DNA of 64,000 bases from Hydrolagus colliei (taxonomy: Eukaryota). This document shows, piece by piece, positions 27,383-36,245 of the stretch. Numbering within the stretch: the stretch's first letter is position 1; each line of letters starts with the position of its first letter. The position numbers and the translations under genes are program-made. A model generated the notes under the pieces. It ran no database searches. It worked only from the letters and a program-made list of their open reading frames with translations, and had not been told where the DNA came from. The DNA lies in contig CM068764.1 of the NCBI GenBank assembly GCA_035084275.1, positions 4,898,001 to 4,962,000 on the forward strand. The letters run 5' to 3'.

Positions 27383-29257
27383 CCGTCTTTTTAAGCAGAG
27401 CCACTAGTGGAAAGCGAGCACTTCGCCCGGAAACAGATTTATAAGGTCAGTCGGTACTTGTTTTCTGCGCAGTTGTAAAGCAGCGAGCAAGTAAGCCTTC
27501 CACTCCAGCTAGGAACACCCTCTCCATTACGGCTGTAGATTGCAGGCATAACAGGAGACTAGTCATAAGAATTGTTTCTATGTATAGGCGAGTGGGACAA
27601 TATCATCAACGATAACTTGCATTTTATATATAGTGTCCTGGAGCGCTTGACAAAGGTGGAGTCAGACTCCGAGTGAGAGGGAGGTGGGAGGTGACATTAA
27701 GCACGATCAGAAAGGAAGGTCTTCAGGTGGGATCTAAAGGTTGGATAGGGGAAGAGGGCAAGGCGGAGAGATTGAGGGAAAGAGAGTGGCAGTTTCGTGG
27801 CCAAAAGCGCGCACACCAGTAGTGCATTAAATGGCTTACATGGAGGAAAGCAGGGAGTGCAGAGCTGATGTGCAGAGCCCAGTTGTGATGTTCTAACACT
27901 CGATGATCGACGACAAATTGTGTCTGATTTATTTATTGATTTCCATTGTATCCTCCTTTTCAGTAACCCACCTAATGGCCCTTTAAAGCGCCATTGCCAT
28001 TCCTTCGACGGCTTTGTGAGAACTCGCATTCACTCCAAAAAGTAGCTCTGGAAAAGTCTCGCCCTTCACTACCCTAAAGCTGCATCTTTTGGGGTTTTTT
28101 TTCTCTCTTTTTTTCTCTCTGTGAGGAAGGAGGGTAGCACAGAGACACCTACCTGCTGTTTCAGGGGTTCAAATAAATTGCTCCAAACATTGCCCCCCAC
28201 CCACCCTGAGGAGACACCCTCATTACTCTGAGTGACCCAGAGGGGAGATCTTTGACCTCGGTACTGTTTGTTTGTATTGGCCATACCAATTGTGAAGACA
28301 AGGCGAGGCTGAACCTCGTATATATTTTTTAACAGAGCCCAAATGAAACGGGATGCAATGTTTCGAGATTCAGAGCATAGTTTCCAGATCGAGGAAATAT
28401 ATTTTGTTTGAAGTTTGTGTGGCTGTGTGGACTGTGAAATCTCGCTGAGTTAATGTTTGTTGGTTGGGTGGGGGGCTGGGTTGGGGGGGGGAGAGGGAAG
28501 GATTACAACACGACCTCCATGATTTATGGGGGCCATTAGTTCTTGTGAAGTGTTGGGAACCATGAGCAATTCTAAGGTGTGTGCAGGCGGGGAATGGGCG
28601 ATAGGGCAGGGGAGAGGGGAACAGGGAGATGGAAAAGGGGGAAGAAGAGAGACACAGAGAAGGGGGCGGGGGAAGAAACAGAAGGAATGCGGGAGGGACA
28701 GGTGGAAGGGGGGGAGGCGAAGAGAGACAGAAAGCATCAGGGAGAGAGACGGAGAAGGGGAATGCGGGCGAGATGGGTGGGGAGAAGAGATGGGGAAGGT
28801 GGGGGGAGGATATGGAGAGGCGGGTACCTGAGTACAATTAATTTATTTGAACTCCTGCTGATGTTGCTTTGCACAGTACTCGTGTGAGAAGCTAAAACCT
28901 ACGTGTCGTACGTAACCTTGTTATCTGCCGATGTGTTCACTGCCCGTTGACAAAAATCATGCCCAGCTTAGGATTGTTGTCTGCGTATTTCATATTCCAA
29001 AAGTTTTCAATGTGGTGCGTGCGCAAAAGGAAAATCTTGCCTTGTCGTCTTAGCAGGGGTGAATCTATCCTTCTGGGATTCCAGTAGAATTTCTGCAACC
29101 AAACGAGACAATAGAATTTTGTTGTTTCTCCCTTCCCCCCCCCCCCCCATCTCTCCCCCACCCTCCCCAGGTGTGTGGGGAGAGATGGGGGAAGCGACCA
29201 AATTCCACCCACACCTCGATTTATCTTATTTCCTCAACTTTTCAGGGCATGCGATGA
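313..29257 (+). CDS. RAP1GAP2: Rap1 GTPase-activating protein 2 (multi-exon gene span; ~664 aa, ~676 aa with the cassette exon)
   Basis: Exons 313-336, 3199-3234, 6965-7009, 8026-8058, 8464-8676, 9248-9351, 9957-10035, 11972-12025, 12771-12854, 13692-13792, 14213-14342, 16080-16235, 16619-16690, 17547-17633, 18165-18299, 19258-19395, 20858-20958, 23217-23330, 24397-24517, 25262-25370, [26635-26670], 27399-27445, 29246-29257. All junctions are GT-AG and phase-compatible (1995 nt without the cassette). Peptides match RAP1GAP2 as I recall it ([41 protein letters not shown] carrying the catalytic Asn, [27 protein letters not shown]). Confidence 0.95.
455..788 (-). mobile_element. Full-length tRNA-derived SINE with L2-type tail
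   Basis: Minus strand: tRNA-like head (gctcaatagttagagcact...gtgtttgaatc), body ggcaagtttccttactccac, tail aagcgcta..aaatgcaaggattatt. Confidence 0.8.
3199..3234 (+). CDS. RAP1GAP2: RAP1GAP2 exon [12 protein letters not shown]
   Basis: ttcaacag| ... CAG|gtaaga. Confidence 0.92.
5340..5401 (+). repeat. Compound microsatellite (TC)n(CA)n
   Basis: Direct reading. Confidence 0.95.
6255..6680 (-). mobile_element. DeuSINE (SacSINE1/AmnSINE1-like Deu domain)
   Basis: Minus strand: cagtgctgagggg...catcggatgagactttaaac...gacgttaaaaatcccatggcg...; tRNA-like head; L2 tail. Partial copies near 1040-1460, 2990-3110, 12215-12490, 23395-23680, 25975-26305, 27040-27310 (+), 33835-34030 and 36385-36780. 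Confidence 0.75.
6965..7009 (+). CDS. RAP1GAP2: RAP1GAP2 exon [15 protein letters not shown]
   Basis: aaacag| ... AAG|gtttgt; 15 aa, same length as human GIKLEEQKPGPQKNK. Confidence 0.8.
8026..8058 (+). CDS. RAP1GAP2: RAP1GAP2 exon [11 protein letters not shown]
   Basis: ttttag| ... GAG|gtgagt. Confidence 0.95.
8464..8676 (+). CDS. RAP1GAP2: RAP1GAP2 exon [22 protein letters not shown]...[11 protein letters not shown]
   Basis: cctcag| ... AAG|gtcagt; 71 codons open. Confidence 0.95.
9248..9351 (+). CDS. RAP1GAP2: RAP1GAP2 exon DHLNFY...YLRIILR
   Basis: ttccag| ... AG|gtaacc; ends in phase 2. Confidence 0.95.
9368..9781 (+). mobile_element. L2 LINE 3' fragment
   Basis: Decayed ITPVLASLHWLP/APRLWNSLP-type ORF2 end, then ...ggcgctatataaat(ccaa)(gtt)n tail. 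Confidence 0.8.
9957..10035 (+). CDS. RAP1GAP2: RAP1GAP2 exon [11 protein letters not shown]...IPLIAK
   Basis: tcccag| ... AAG|gtaagt. Confidence 0.93.
11972..12025 (+). CDS. RAP1GAP2: RAP1GAP2 exon [18 protein letters not shown]
   Basis: ctttag| ... AAG|gtaagt. Confidence 0.93.
12771..12854 (+). CDS. RAP1GAP2: RAP1GAP2 exon [28 protein letters not shown]
   Basis: cacaag| ... CAG|gtgagt. Confidence 0.95.
13180..13547 (-). mobile_element. Full-length tRNA-derived SINE (same family)
   Basis: Same head, body and tail as 455-788. Confidence 0.75.
13692..13792 (+). CDS. RAP1GAP2: RAP1GAP2 exon [20 protein letters not shown]...QDFKG
   Basis: tttcag| ... GG|gtgagt. Confidence 0.95.
14213..14342 (+). 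CDS. RAP1GAP2: RAP1GAP2 exon [13 protein letters not shown]...[10 protein letters not shown]
   Basis: acgcag| ... CAG|gtattt. Confidence 0.95.
16080..16235 (+). CDS. RAP1GAP2: RAP1GAP2 exon [12 protein letters not shown]...STIYK (catalytic Asn thumb)
   Basis: tcacag| ... AAG|gtaatc. Confidence 0.96.
16619..16690 (+). CDS. RAP1GAP2: RAP1GAP2 exon ISVTARDGV...PPVFKK
   Basis: gatcag| ... AAG|gtaagc. Confidence 0.94.
17149..17467. mobile_element. Non-autonomous hAT-type MITE
   Basis: TIR TAGTGTC(T/C)GGCGATAT (15/16 identical); perfect 8-bp TSD CTATTGGC at 17141-17148 and 17468-17475; many CGATAT subterminal repeats. Confidence 0.92.
17547..17633 (+). CDS. RAP1GAP2: RAP1GAP2 exon [16 protein letters not shown]...FAKLE
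   Basis: acctag| ... GAG|gtaaca. Confidence 0.95.
17635..18070 (-). mobile_element. L2 LINE 3' fragment
   Basis: Minus-strand [17 protein letters not shown] and L2 tail. Confidence 0.75.
18165..18299 (+). CDS. RAP1GAP2: RAP1GAP2 exon [15 protein letters not shown]...GFLESFK
   Basis: gcccag| ... AAG|gtaaag. Confidence 0.95.
19258..19395 (+). CDS. RAP1GAP2: RAP1GAP2 exon [14 protein letters not shown]...HTPT
   Basis: atgcag| ... ACC|gtgagt. Confidence 0.94.
19745..19848 (-). mobile_element. Second, more decayed Penelope-type hammerhead relic
   Basis: Minus strand: AGTT-CTAACAA-A-GGGTC-ATG-GACCC-GAAAC-ATT; same flank gatgctgcatgacctgctgag. Confidence 0.6.
20858..20958 (+). CDS. RAP1GAP2: RAP1GAP2 exon [19 protein letters not shown]...RPR
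   Basis: cctcag| (alternative tandem AG ending at 20863) ... TG|gtgagt. Confidence 0.88.
23217..23330 (+). CDS. RAP1GAP2: RAP1GAP2 exon [10 protein letters not shown]...[15 protein letters not shown]
   Basis: cgacag| ... AG|gtaatg. Confidence 0.92.
24397..24517 (+). CDS. RAP1GAP2: RAP1GAP2 exon [26 protein letters not shown]...ETSA
   Basis: caccag| ... GCA|gtaagt. Confidence 0.93.
25262..25370 (+). CDS. RAP1GAP2: RAP1GAP2 exon [19 protein letters not shown]...KSPT
   Basis: gctcag| ... G|gtctgc; ends in phase 1. Confidence 0.9.
25882..25956. repeat. Perfect inverted repeat, 35-bp arms, 5-nt loop
   Basis: 25882-25916 is the exact reverse complement of 25922-25956; loop ATATC. Confidence 0.97.
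26635..26670 (+). CDS. RAP1GAP2: RAP1GAP2 candidate 36-nt symmetric cassette exon ([12 protein letters not shown])
   Basis: Long pyrimidine tract ending cccctgcgtag|, donor AA|gtgagt, phase 1/1, frame open. No homology recognised. Confidence 0.5.
   Translation, partial: LSILQPRWSAE
27399..27445 (+). CDS. RAP1GAP2: RAP1GAP2 candidate penultimate coding exon ([16 protein letters not shown])
   Basis: (TC)n tract then ttaagcag|, donor AAG|gtcagt; phase 1 in, phase 0 out, open. Confidence 0.65.
27605..27990 (-). mobile_element. L2 LINE 3' fragment
   Basis: Decayed L2 ORF2 end ([10 protein letters not shown]) and tail. Confidence 0.65.
29246..29257 (+). CDS. RAP1GAP2: RAP1GAP2 candidate terminal coding segment (GMR*), start of last exon
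   Basis: tcctcaacttttcag|GGC ATG CGA TGA. Analogous to the very short G-H-stop end I recall for the human last exon; followed by a long UTR-like region. Confidence 0.6.
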   Translation, partial: GMR

Positions 29258-32200
29258 GCATTTTTGGAAATTCTTAAACTCAGCCTTGACTCCATAGCTC
29301 TCACAGAGCGTAGAGGGTCAAAAAAAAAAGGCTCATCGAAATCCAGATGGAAATGCAACAATATGCCAAACCTTGCTCTGAAACGCTGAGAGATTAGTGT
29401 CTAGATGGAGGGGTGTCATTTGTGTATTTACCAAACTCCCACCCATCCCCAACCCCAATCCTTTTACAGGCTGTTTATCCAGCCTAGGTTTCGTTCTTCT
29501 CGAATAATAGAAGTTCCTCATCTTTTTGTAGGAATGGGCTGAGAGAGGTGACAATGTACCCAACCAGCCAACGGTTCCCAAATCTCAATTGCTTCAGACG
29601 TCGGTTGGGTGGAAAAACCAAATAGGGGACAACCCTGTGGAGATGTAGCCATGTATTGGTTCCCATGTCTCTGACTGCCATTGGTGGAAATGGCCGACCT
29701 CTGGGTGGGTGGTCATGTGACTGTCAACATCACGTCCTTTGTATGCATGAGCTGCTCACTGCAGTGAACTGCTGTCATCAGCACCCTGAAGACCTAGAAG
29801 TGTCCTAGAGTGTCGAAAGCCAAGATGGCTTCCGCCTTAAAGGCAAAGCACTTTATAACTGGTCGCCCCCACCCCTCCCCTGTACATCGCTATTGGCCAG
29901 TGTTTTTGGTGCAGTTGTACTACTGTTAATCCCAGGAAAATTAAGACGTGTTCTGTGATCCTATCTGTCTATCTGGTGGTACTATACAAAATAATCAACG
30001 TTAGAAATTAGCAAGCCAAAAAAAATCTTATTTGCAGATGTTGACATGCATATTTTTGTAAAGATTATAGTTATATAAGATTAAAGGGGCAGCAGGGTGC
30101 TGGCTTTGTGAAAGAATGTTTGGCAAGCTTTTGTTCCGGTTGAGGATGGGGCCTTAACACAAAGCTCTGAGCACTTTGATACCCTGCACAAAGAAAGAAC
30201 GAGAATATGGTTCGATGCAATTAGTTTTTTTTTGTTTGTTTGTTTTTGTCGTGTGGCGGTGTCTGAATTGGGGTGAGGGCAGATTAAGCAAAGTTTGCCA
30301 AACTTTATTTTTTCACAAATCCCTTTTGAAGGGGTTAATCAAGCCAGGCTTTGGGGCCCAAATCCAGCTCAGTGCTGTCTGTGAGGGACCTCTTGTGGCT
30401 GAAGGCCAGTAGATAATACACGAGTTCAATGATGATTGGAATCAGTGGTAGCTTTATTGCAGAACTGTTCAGGTGTAATTGAAATGTCCTGTATCTGTGG
30501 TGTTGAGAGGCCAAGCGAGATACAGAACTGCAGAAGCCTTTCGTTCAGAAATCTGTTGATTATTACAGTCATTCATGTAAAGCAGCATTCAGTTATTTTG
30601 GCCAAGTAAAGGCCTTTTTTTCGTTTAAAACCAAAAACAATTCCTCAATTCGGACAGTTGTCTGAAAGCCAATATTTGAGGTAAAAACTAGCTGTTTTGT
30701 AATGGCCGGTCATGATTATTATCTTATCTCAAGGTGAAAGGCTTGAGATAAGATAAACAAATGTAATTTTTTGTTGTTGTTGATACTGCCTGGTGCAGGC
30801 TGTTAGAAAATTTATTTTCTGAGTTAGTCTAGGAAGAGGAGGTCTCCCCCACCACCCACCCCCTCTCCCTCCCTTATCCTCATTCTCTCTCATCCATGCC
30901 TCACTGCCTTTTACAAGATGTCCCAAGTGGATTGAGTTAGGCCATCAATCCATCAACTTTCACCCAAATAAACCAAAGGGGCCTTCACATTGGGCGTTGA
31001 AGTGATGAAATCTCTTTTTTTTCTCAAACAAAAAGAAAGTTTGGAAAAACTCAGCACTTCAAACAATTTAATGCACTTTTCGTAACACTTCTGAAGTAAA
31101 TCATGTTCACTTTAACACACCATTAAGAGACCCATAATTCCACCTGGTCTTAGCCTGTAAGACATTAACAATTAAAATCCTGTAGAGGGAGAGGGGTGAG
31201 GGGAATGGGGATGGACTTTTATATAAAAAAAACTACTTCCAAATTTCAGTCTTAATTTAAAGTTCTATGGGAAAATTGAGACTGAACTTAAGAAGTTTTC
31301 CATCCTTCCTTAAATTTGAAGGTAAAATTGTTGCTGCTCAGACTGGGTGGGATCAGTTTGTTTCAGCACATTCATGTGGTCAAACATGGGAGTGGGCACT
31401 GCGTCCAGCTGTTATATTAATTAATCTTTTAGATTAATTAATATATTATAATATAAATATATATTTAATAAGTCTTCTGCATTCCATGTATATACAAAAA
31501 AAGGCTGTGAATTTTCTTCCTTTCAATTCTCTTGATTTCCCTCCTCCTCTCCTGAAGGTGTGTGTATTTTTGGTAACTCCTATCATCCTCTTCTTGCTTT
31601 CCCACGCATCTCTCCCAAGTGGCCACTGTTCAGTATTGACCCTGAATGCAGCGATCGGAGTAGGAACATCAGTGGGAGTGAAGATCTGGATCATGTCATT
31701 CTTCATTGAAAAATTAATGCTAGTTTCAGTTTGGAAATCTTAAATTAATTCCGACACAGTTCCAACCATGTGTGGGTCCACATCTTAAGTGTAGATGGCA
31801 CCACACACTATGTAGTTGTGGGTTTCACCCACTAAATCCACCTTACGCTTTGAGACGTCTCAGAGATGTGATAAGGTACTGTAATCAAATGCAAGGATTA
31901 TTATTATTATTACCAAATTGCTCTGTAAAGCCCGAAAGAGAACATTGATGTGGGAAATGTATCTTTTATAAGATGGGTGGGATGAGGGGGCGAGGAGGGA
32001 AATTTGTTGAATGAAAAGAGCCTCAACCCACCACCAAACCCAACTCACAACGTACCTTTAGCATGAGAGTGCATTAGTTGCCGACACTGAACACCTCCAC
32101 CCTTCCACCTTAATCCACCCAAAAGACATACATTTTTTAAAAAGCACTATTTACACACAGCTATTGTGTCATTTGTGAGTTGAGTGGGGAGGGTGGGGGG

Positions 32201-32516
32201 AGTGATAGCGCCAGTATTTGTTGCTCATTCTTTAATGTAAGACCTCACTCTTAATGAAAGTGTAATACTGACCCACGTAACGCAGAAGGCTGGACTATTG
32301 AGCTGAATGGGCCTGAATGTGATTGGAGTGTTATCGAACCGCAGCAAAGCTTTTTTTGACGCTGCCCGGACTGTCTGCAGCTGTAAATACTGTACATTTA
32401 ATTTATTGCTACTTTGGCAAATTTCTTTTGTTTTGTGTTGTTTCAAAACAGAAAAAAAATCTCATTTGTACATTCGGTTTTCCTGTCCTGTTTTATTTTG
32501 TGTAACGCAACACGAT

Positions 32517-32522
32517 AATAAA
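32517..32522 (+). terminator. Polyadenylation signal of RAP1GAP2 (3'UTR ~29258-32545)
   Basis: AATAAA followed ~40 nt later by a GU/U-rich element (tgtctttttttgtgtgtgttgttgtt). Confidence 0.7.
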
Positions 32523-33003
32523 CGTGGTATTTTGTGTCAAAATGGATTTGAAATGCGAGTTGTCTTTTTTTGTGTGTGTTGTTGTTATTTCTACTTCAAC
32601 ACAGATGTGTTCACATTCAGCCCACTTAAAGGGCAAAGTGAGTTTACGACTGGATCCTAATATATTACCGGATGGCATGAAGACAGATGGCAACACACAG
32701 GACTGAATGGTCTTGAGTCGGGCAACATAAAGGGGAAAGTGACATTTCTACCTGGTCGTAAATATTATGGGGCCATCATGGGATGGGGGTAGAACCAAAT
32801 GATCTGAGTTTATTGTGTCTCAGCCAACTTAAAGGGGAGGGTAGATTTTTCCAATTGGGTTGTAAATATTATAGATAGGCAATGAATAAAGTGGGGGGGG
32901 GGCAACACTCATTCACAAAAATCTTTCTCCTCAAGGAGATGACACAAATACTTGACTGTCGAGCGCCTTGGGACGTCCTTCCGCCCGTGAAAGGCGCTAT
33001 ATA

Positions 33004-33348
33004 CAGTAAAACCTTCATTTTCTGGCACCCTCAGGACCTGCCCGGTGCCGGTTAGTCAAATATGCCGGATACTCGAGCGGCAAGTTGCCGAAAATCCTAC
33101 ACAAAAAATTAACTTACTTTAAAACATACCATATTAATAATAGACAATAATAACAAAATATTGTATGGATATTTACCAATAAAGCATTCCAGCACACTCG
33201 GTAAAATGGTCGGTAAAAAAGCATTCCACCATTTGGTAACTTTAATAAGTGCGCAGGCGTAAAGTGAGCATACCGCGAGTGTCCCGGATCTCCCATTACA
33301 ATTGGGAGATGCCGGTTGGTTGGGTACCGGATAAACAAGGTTTTATTA
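33004..33348. mobile_element. Degenerate Tc1/mariner (Tigger/pogo-like) MITE
   Basis: TA-CAGTAAAACCTT at left, AAGGTTTTATTA-TA at right; TA flanks. Confidence 0.55.
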
Positions 33349-34484
33349 TACGTGTAATTTTGTTTTGTCAACAGGGGCAGGCAGTGTGTAATCCTACACA
33401 CTCGGTTGGAAGGCGTCTGCGAGTGATCTTTACTAATCAAGCGCTTCCCTCCCTTGCTCTTGCGTTGCAACTCACTGCTTCAATGTGGAGATTATTTGCA
33501 ACCCAAGTAGGCGATTGTAACTTTCAAACCAAATGAGCCCTTGGGGATTCCCATCCGTTCTACTGAACCTCAATTCAAGATATGATCACAATCCCTGCTC
33601 CAACACGATTGCTAAGTTCATTTGCCTTTTGTAGCAACATATTTAAAGTAACCATACTCCAGTGCATGATTACCATGGTCAGATCTACTAGTGATAAAGA
33701 TCTGAGGTCTAAACTAAAATTAACAAGGATTCCAGTCTGTTTTGTGGGCTTTTATTTACTTTTAGAGCCAGTTGGGCAGATGCTAATGAAGTTTTATTTT
33801 GCTGTTTGTGTGTGCCATTGAGAAAATCATTGATGATAATAATGACTGCATTTGATACAGCACTATTCACTTTGGGAGAACATCAAAGTGTTTCACAGGT
33901 TTCATTGCAAAGTGTAGTGACTGTATTTGTGTAACTGAACACAGCAGGCGTGAAGTGAAGGGGGATTGTTGGCCAGGACACTGGGAGAAACTCTTCTCTT
34001 TCCGAATAATGCCATGGGATTTTTTTTAACACGTACAGTATACAGACACACATATATACACAAGCACAAAGAGGCAAAGTTTATTGGAGATATTTATAAA
34101 CTTTTGCACCAGCAAATACGAAGAGCAAGTCGTAGTGTTTGTGATGAAAGGGCTGCCCTTGAGTGAGAACGCAAGTATGACGATGGTTTAGAGGGAGAGA
34201 GTGTGTTATCGTAAACTGGAATGCAGATTAAGAGGTACAGGAGCAACTCAGTGAGGACTTGAACAACGCACAGATTTATTAACTGTGTACGACCCACTAG
34301 ACAGTCACATCGCAATGAACAAGGGGATGAAGGCAACAGCAACAACTGCTGGGAGAGTCTGTCACCTAGTGGCATCCTGTTGTATTTGACACAACCTTTT
34401 TGGTGACCAACTTCAACTCTCCTCAGAGGATCTGCCTTGTCACTGAGAGCATCATTTTCTTGCCATTCAATTGTCACCTTATAA

Positions 34485-34771
34485 CAGTGGTTCTCAACCT
34501 TTTTCAATCATGTACCTCTTGTTAATTTTCAACATTATTGTGTACCCCCCCCCACTCACCCAAAATACATAGACGCACACCATCCCCTCCCACTCATTCC
34601 ACTTGCATTTTATGACCAAGCTTTTCTTATATAACAAAATAACTAGCACATACGAAACGAGGGGAATAACAATTAAATATACAATTTGGAAGGCTATAAA
34701 ACAAGAGAGCAAAATAAGAGAGCTAAATAAATCAATGTACCGCCACCTGTATCCCTGGTTGAGAACCGTTG
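34485..34771. mobile_element. hAT-Charlie-like MITE
   Basis: TIRs CAGTGGTTCTCAACC / GGTTGAGAACCGTTG; 8-bp flanks CCTTATAA and CCTTAGAA (7/8 identical). Confidence 0.8.
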
Positions 34772-36230
34772 CCTTAGAAAATATAGCTTGAAAAACACCC
34801 TGTAGACAAACACATACATCGCTGGCCTTTGTATCAGCCGACATCTGGTCGAATCGCAACAGTGGCATGAAATGTATTTATTTTATAAATGAATACATTT
34901 TGAACAATTCACTTACAATAAAAACAGAGGGAGGAAATATATGGTTTTTTTTAATTGATACTTAACTTTCCAACAGAGATAAAAAGAAATGTCCCTGATA
35001 TTGGCAAACTCTCTTGCCCTCATCCTTGGCACACAAACTTAATAAACTTAATGACGTTTCATTTGTGCTCAGCCGGGTTTCATGTTGTCGAGGCATCTCA
35101 AAGCGCTTCACAGAATATACCGCGAATATGAAGTGACTGTGTACTTTGTGGCCAAAACTATACACCCATCGCAACAAGAAGAAATTCTGTGACGTCGCAG
35201 GCGCTTTGTGTCCAGAGACCTACTTTTTTAAGGAGTTCTGTGCAGTTAATGTCGCAGCATTCTCAGTCTCTGGTATCAATGTAAATCCGGTCACCAATCC
35301 GACTCCATTAACATAGCTGGTGGCCTTCGCTCTTGTGGCTCAAGCTTCGTGAGGAATTAACATCCTTCGATTGGGGGAATGGGGGGAGAAAGAAATCACA
35401 AAGCAGCAAATAGCGTTCCTACTATCTCAGCTCAGTCACACCTGGTGAGAAGACAAAGAGGGGGAAGAGTCATTCTGATCTCAGTAGCCTCGAGCCAATG
35501 TTTGTTCCATTCACTTCCAATAACAATGATAGTAAATCTTACAGTTAACGTGGCGCCTTTCGCATCAGAGGACACTCTGTACAGTATACCCCGTGGTATT
35601 TTGTGGGCAAACTTGTTTGAAACCAGCTGACACAATATGAGTTAGCCGATTTAACATAGTGTTGTGGAAATACTCAACTGCCGTGGACGTGTTATCTGGA
35701 GATCCCAATCTCTGTCTGTTTTTCAAACACAGCCTTAAAACAACAACAATTTGCATTCTTCATGTGGTGCAGCGGCCAGGAGCGCTTAAAACCTACTCCC
35801 TTCAACTGCACATACGGTCACCTCCCTCTTGCCTCCAATCTCAACTGTCTCACATTAGACCTGTGATCTGTTCTGGCTGATCTAGGATCAGTATTCATCA
35901 GAGTTTCACAATCGGTATAACAACACAACAACAAAATTACATTTGTCTAGCGCCTTTCACGTCAGGAAGATGTCCCAAGGCGCTGGACAGTTACTGCTTC
36001 AGACCTGAGCTGAGGACGAACGGATGGACGGACGGGGGAGGAGGAGGGAAGGAGTAGGGGATAAGGAGTTGCTGATGTGTCCATTAAAGAGGAGAGTCTT
36101 GAGACGAGACTTGAAGGAGGCCAGGGAGGGGGCGAGGCAGAGGGACTACAGGATGTATAAAGTATAAAGTGAAACCGCACTCATTGCACAGAGCTCTTCC
36201 AGACACTCACCCCGAGTCTTGCCCAAAGCT

Positions 36231-36245
36231 TTAGTACGGCTTCTT
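36231..36245 (-). CDS. TAPBPL: Tapasin-like exon 8 coding part (KKPY*)
   Basis: ctttttctttctcttttcaacag|AAG AAG CCG TAC TAA. Confidence 0.8.
   Translation of the reverse strand, partial: KKPY

Noticed and set aside
455-27990. Apparent antisense bias of SINE/L2 insertions in RAP1GAP2 introns
   Set aside because: Roughly 2:1 by eye on small numbers, and a well-known general trend; not distinctive.
28336-28380. Possible alternative last exon of RAP1GAP2 (ttttttaacag|[14 protein letters not shown])
   Set aside because: The acceptor is plausible, but there is no homology or other support; 29246 fits better with the UTR-like sequence that follows.
28370-28887. Overlapping ORFs of 70-155 aa
   Set aside because: Purine-rich low-complexity intron sequence.
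34094-34507. 137-aa minus-strand ORF
   Set aside because: No recognisable domain or splice context, and its start lies inside the Charlie-like MITE.
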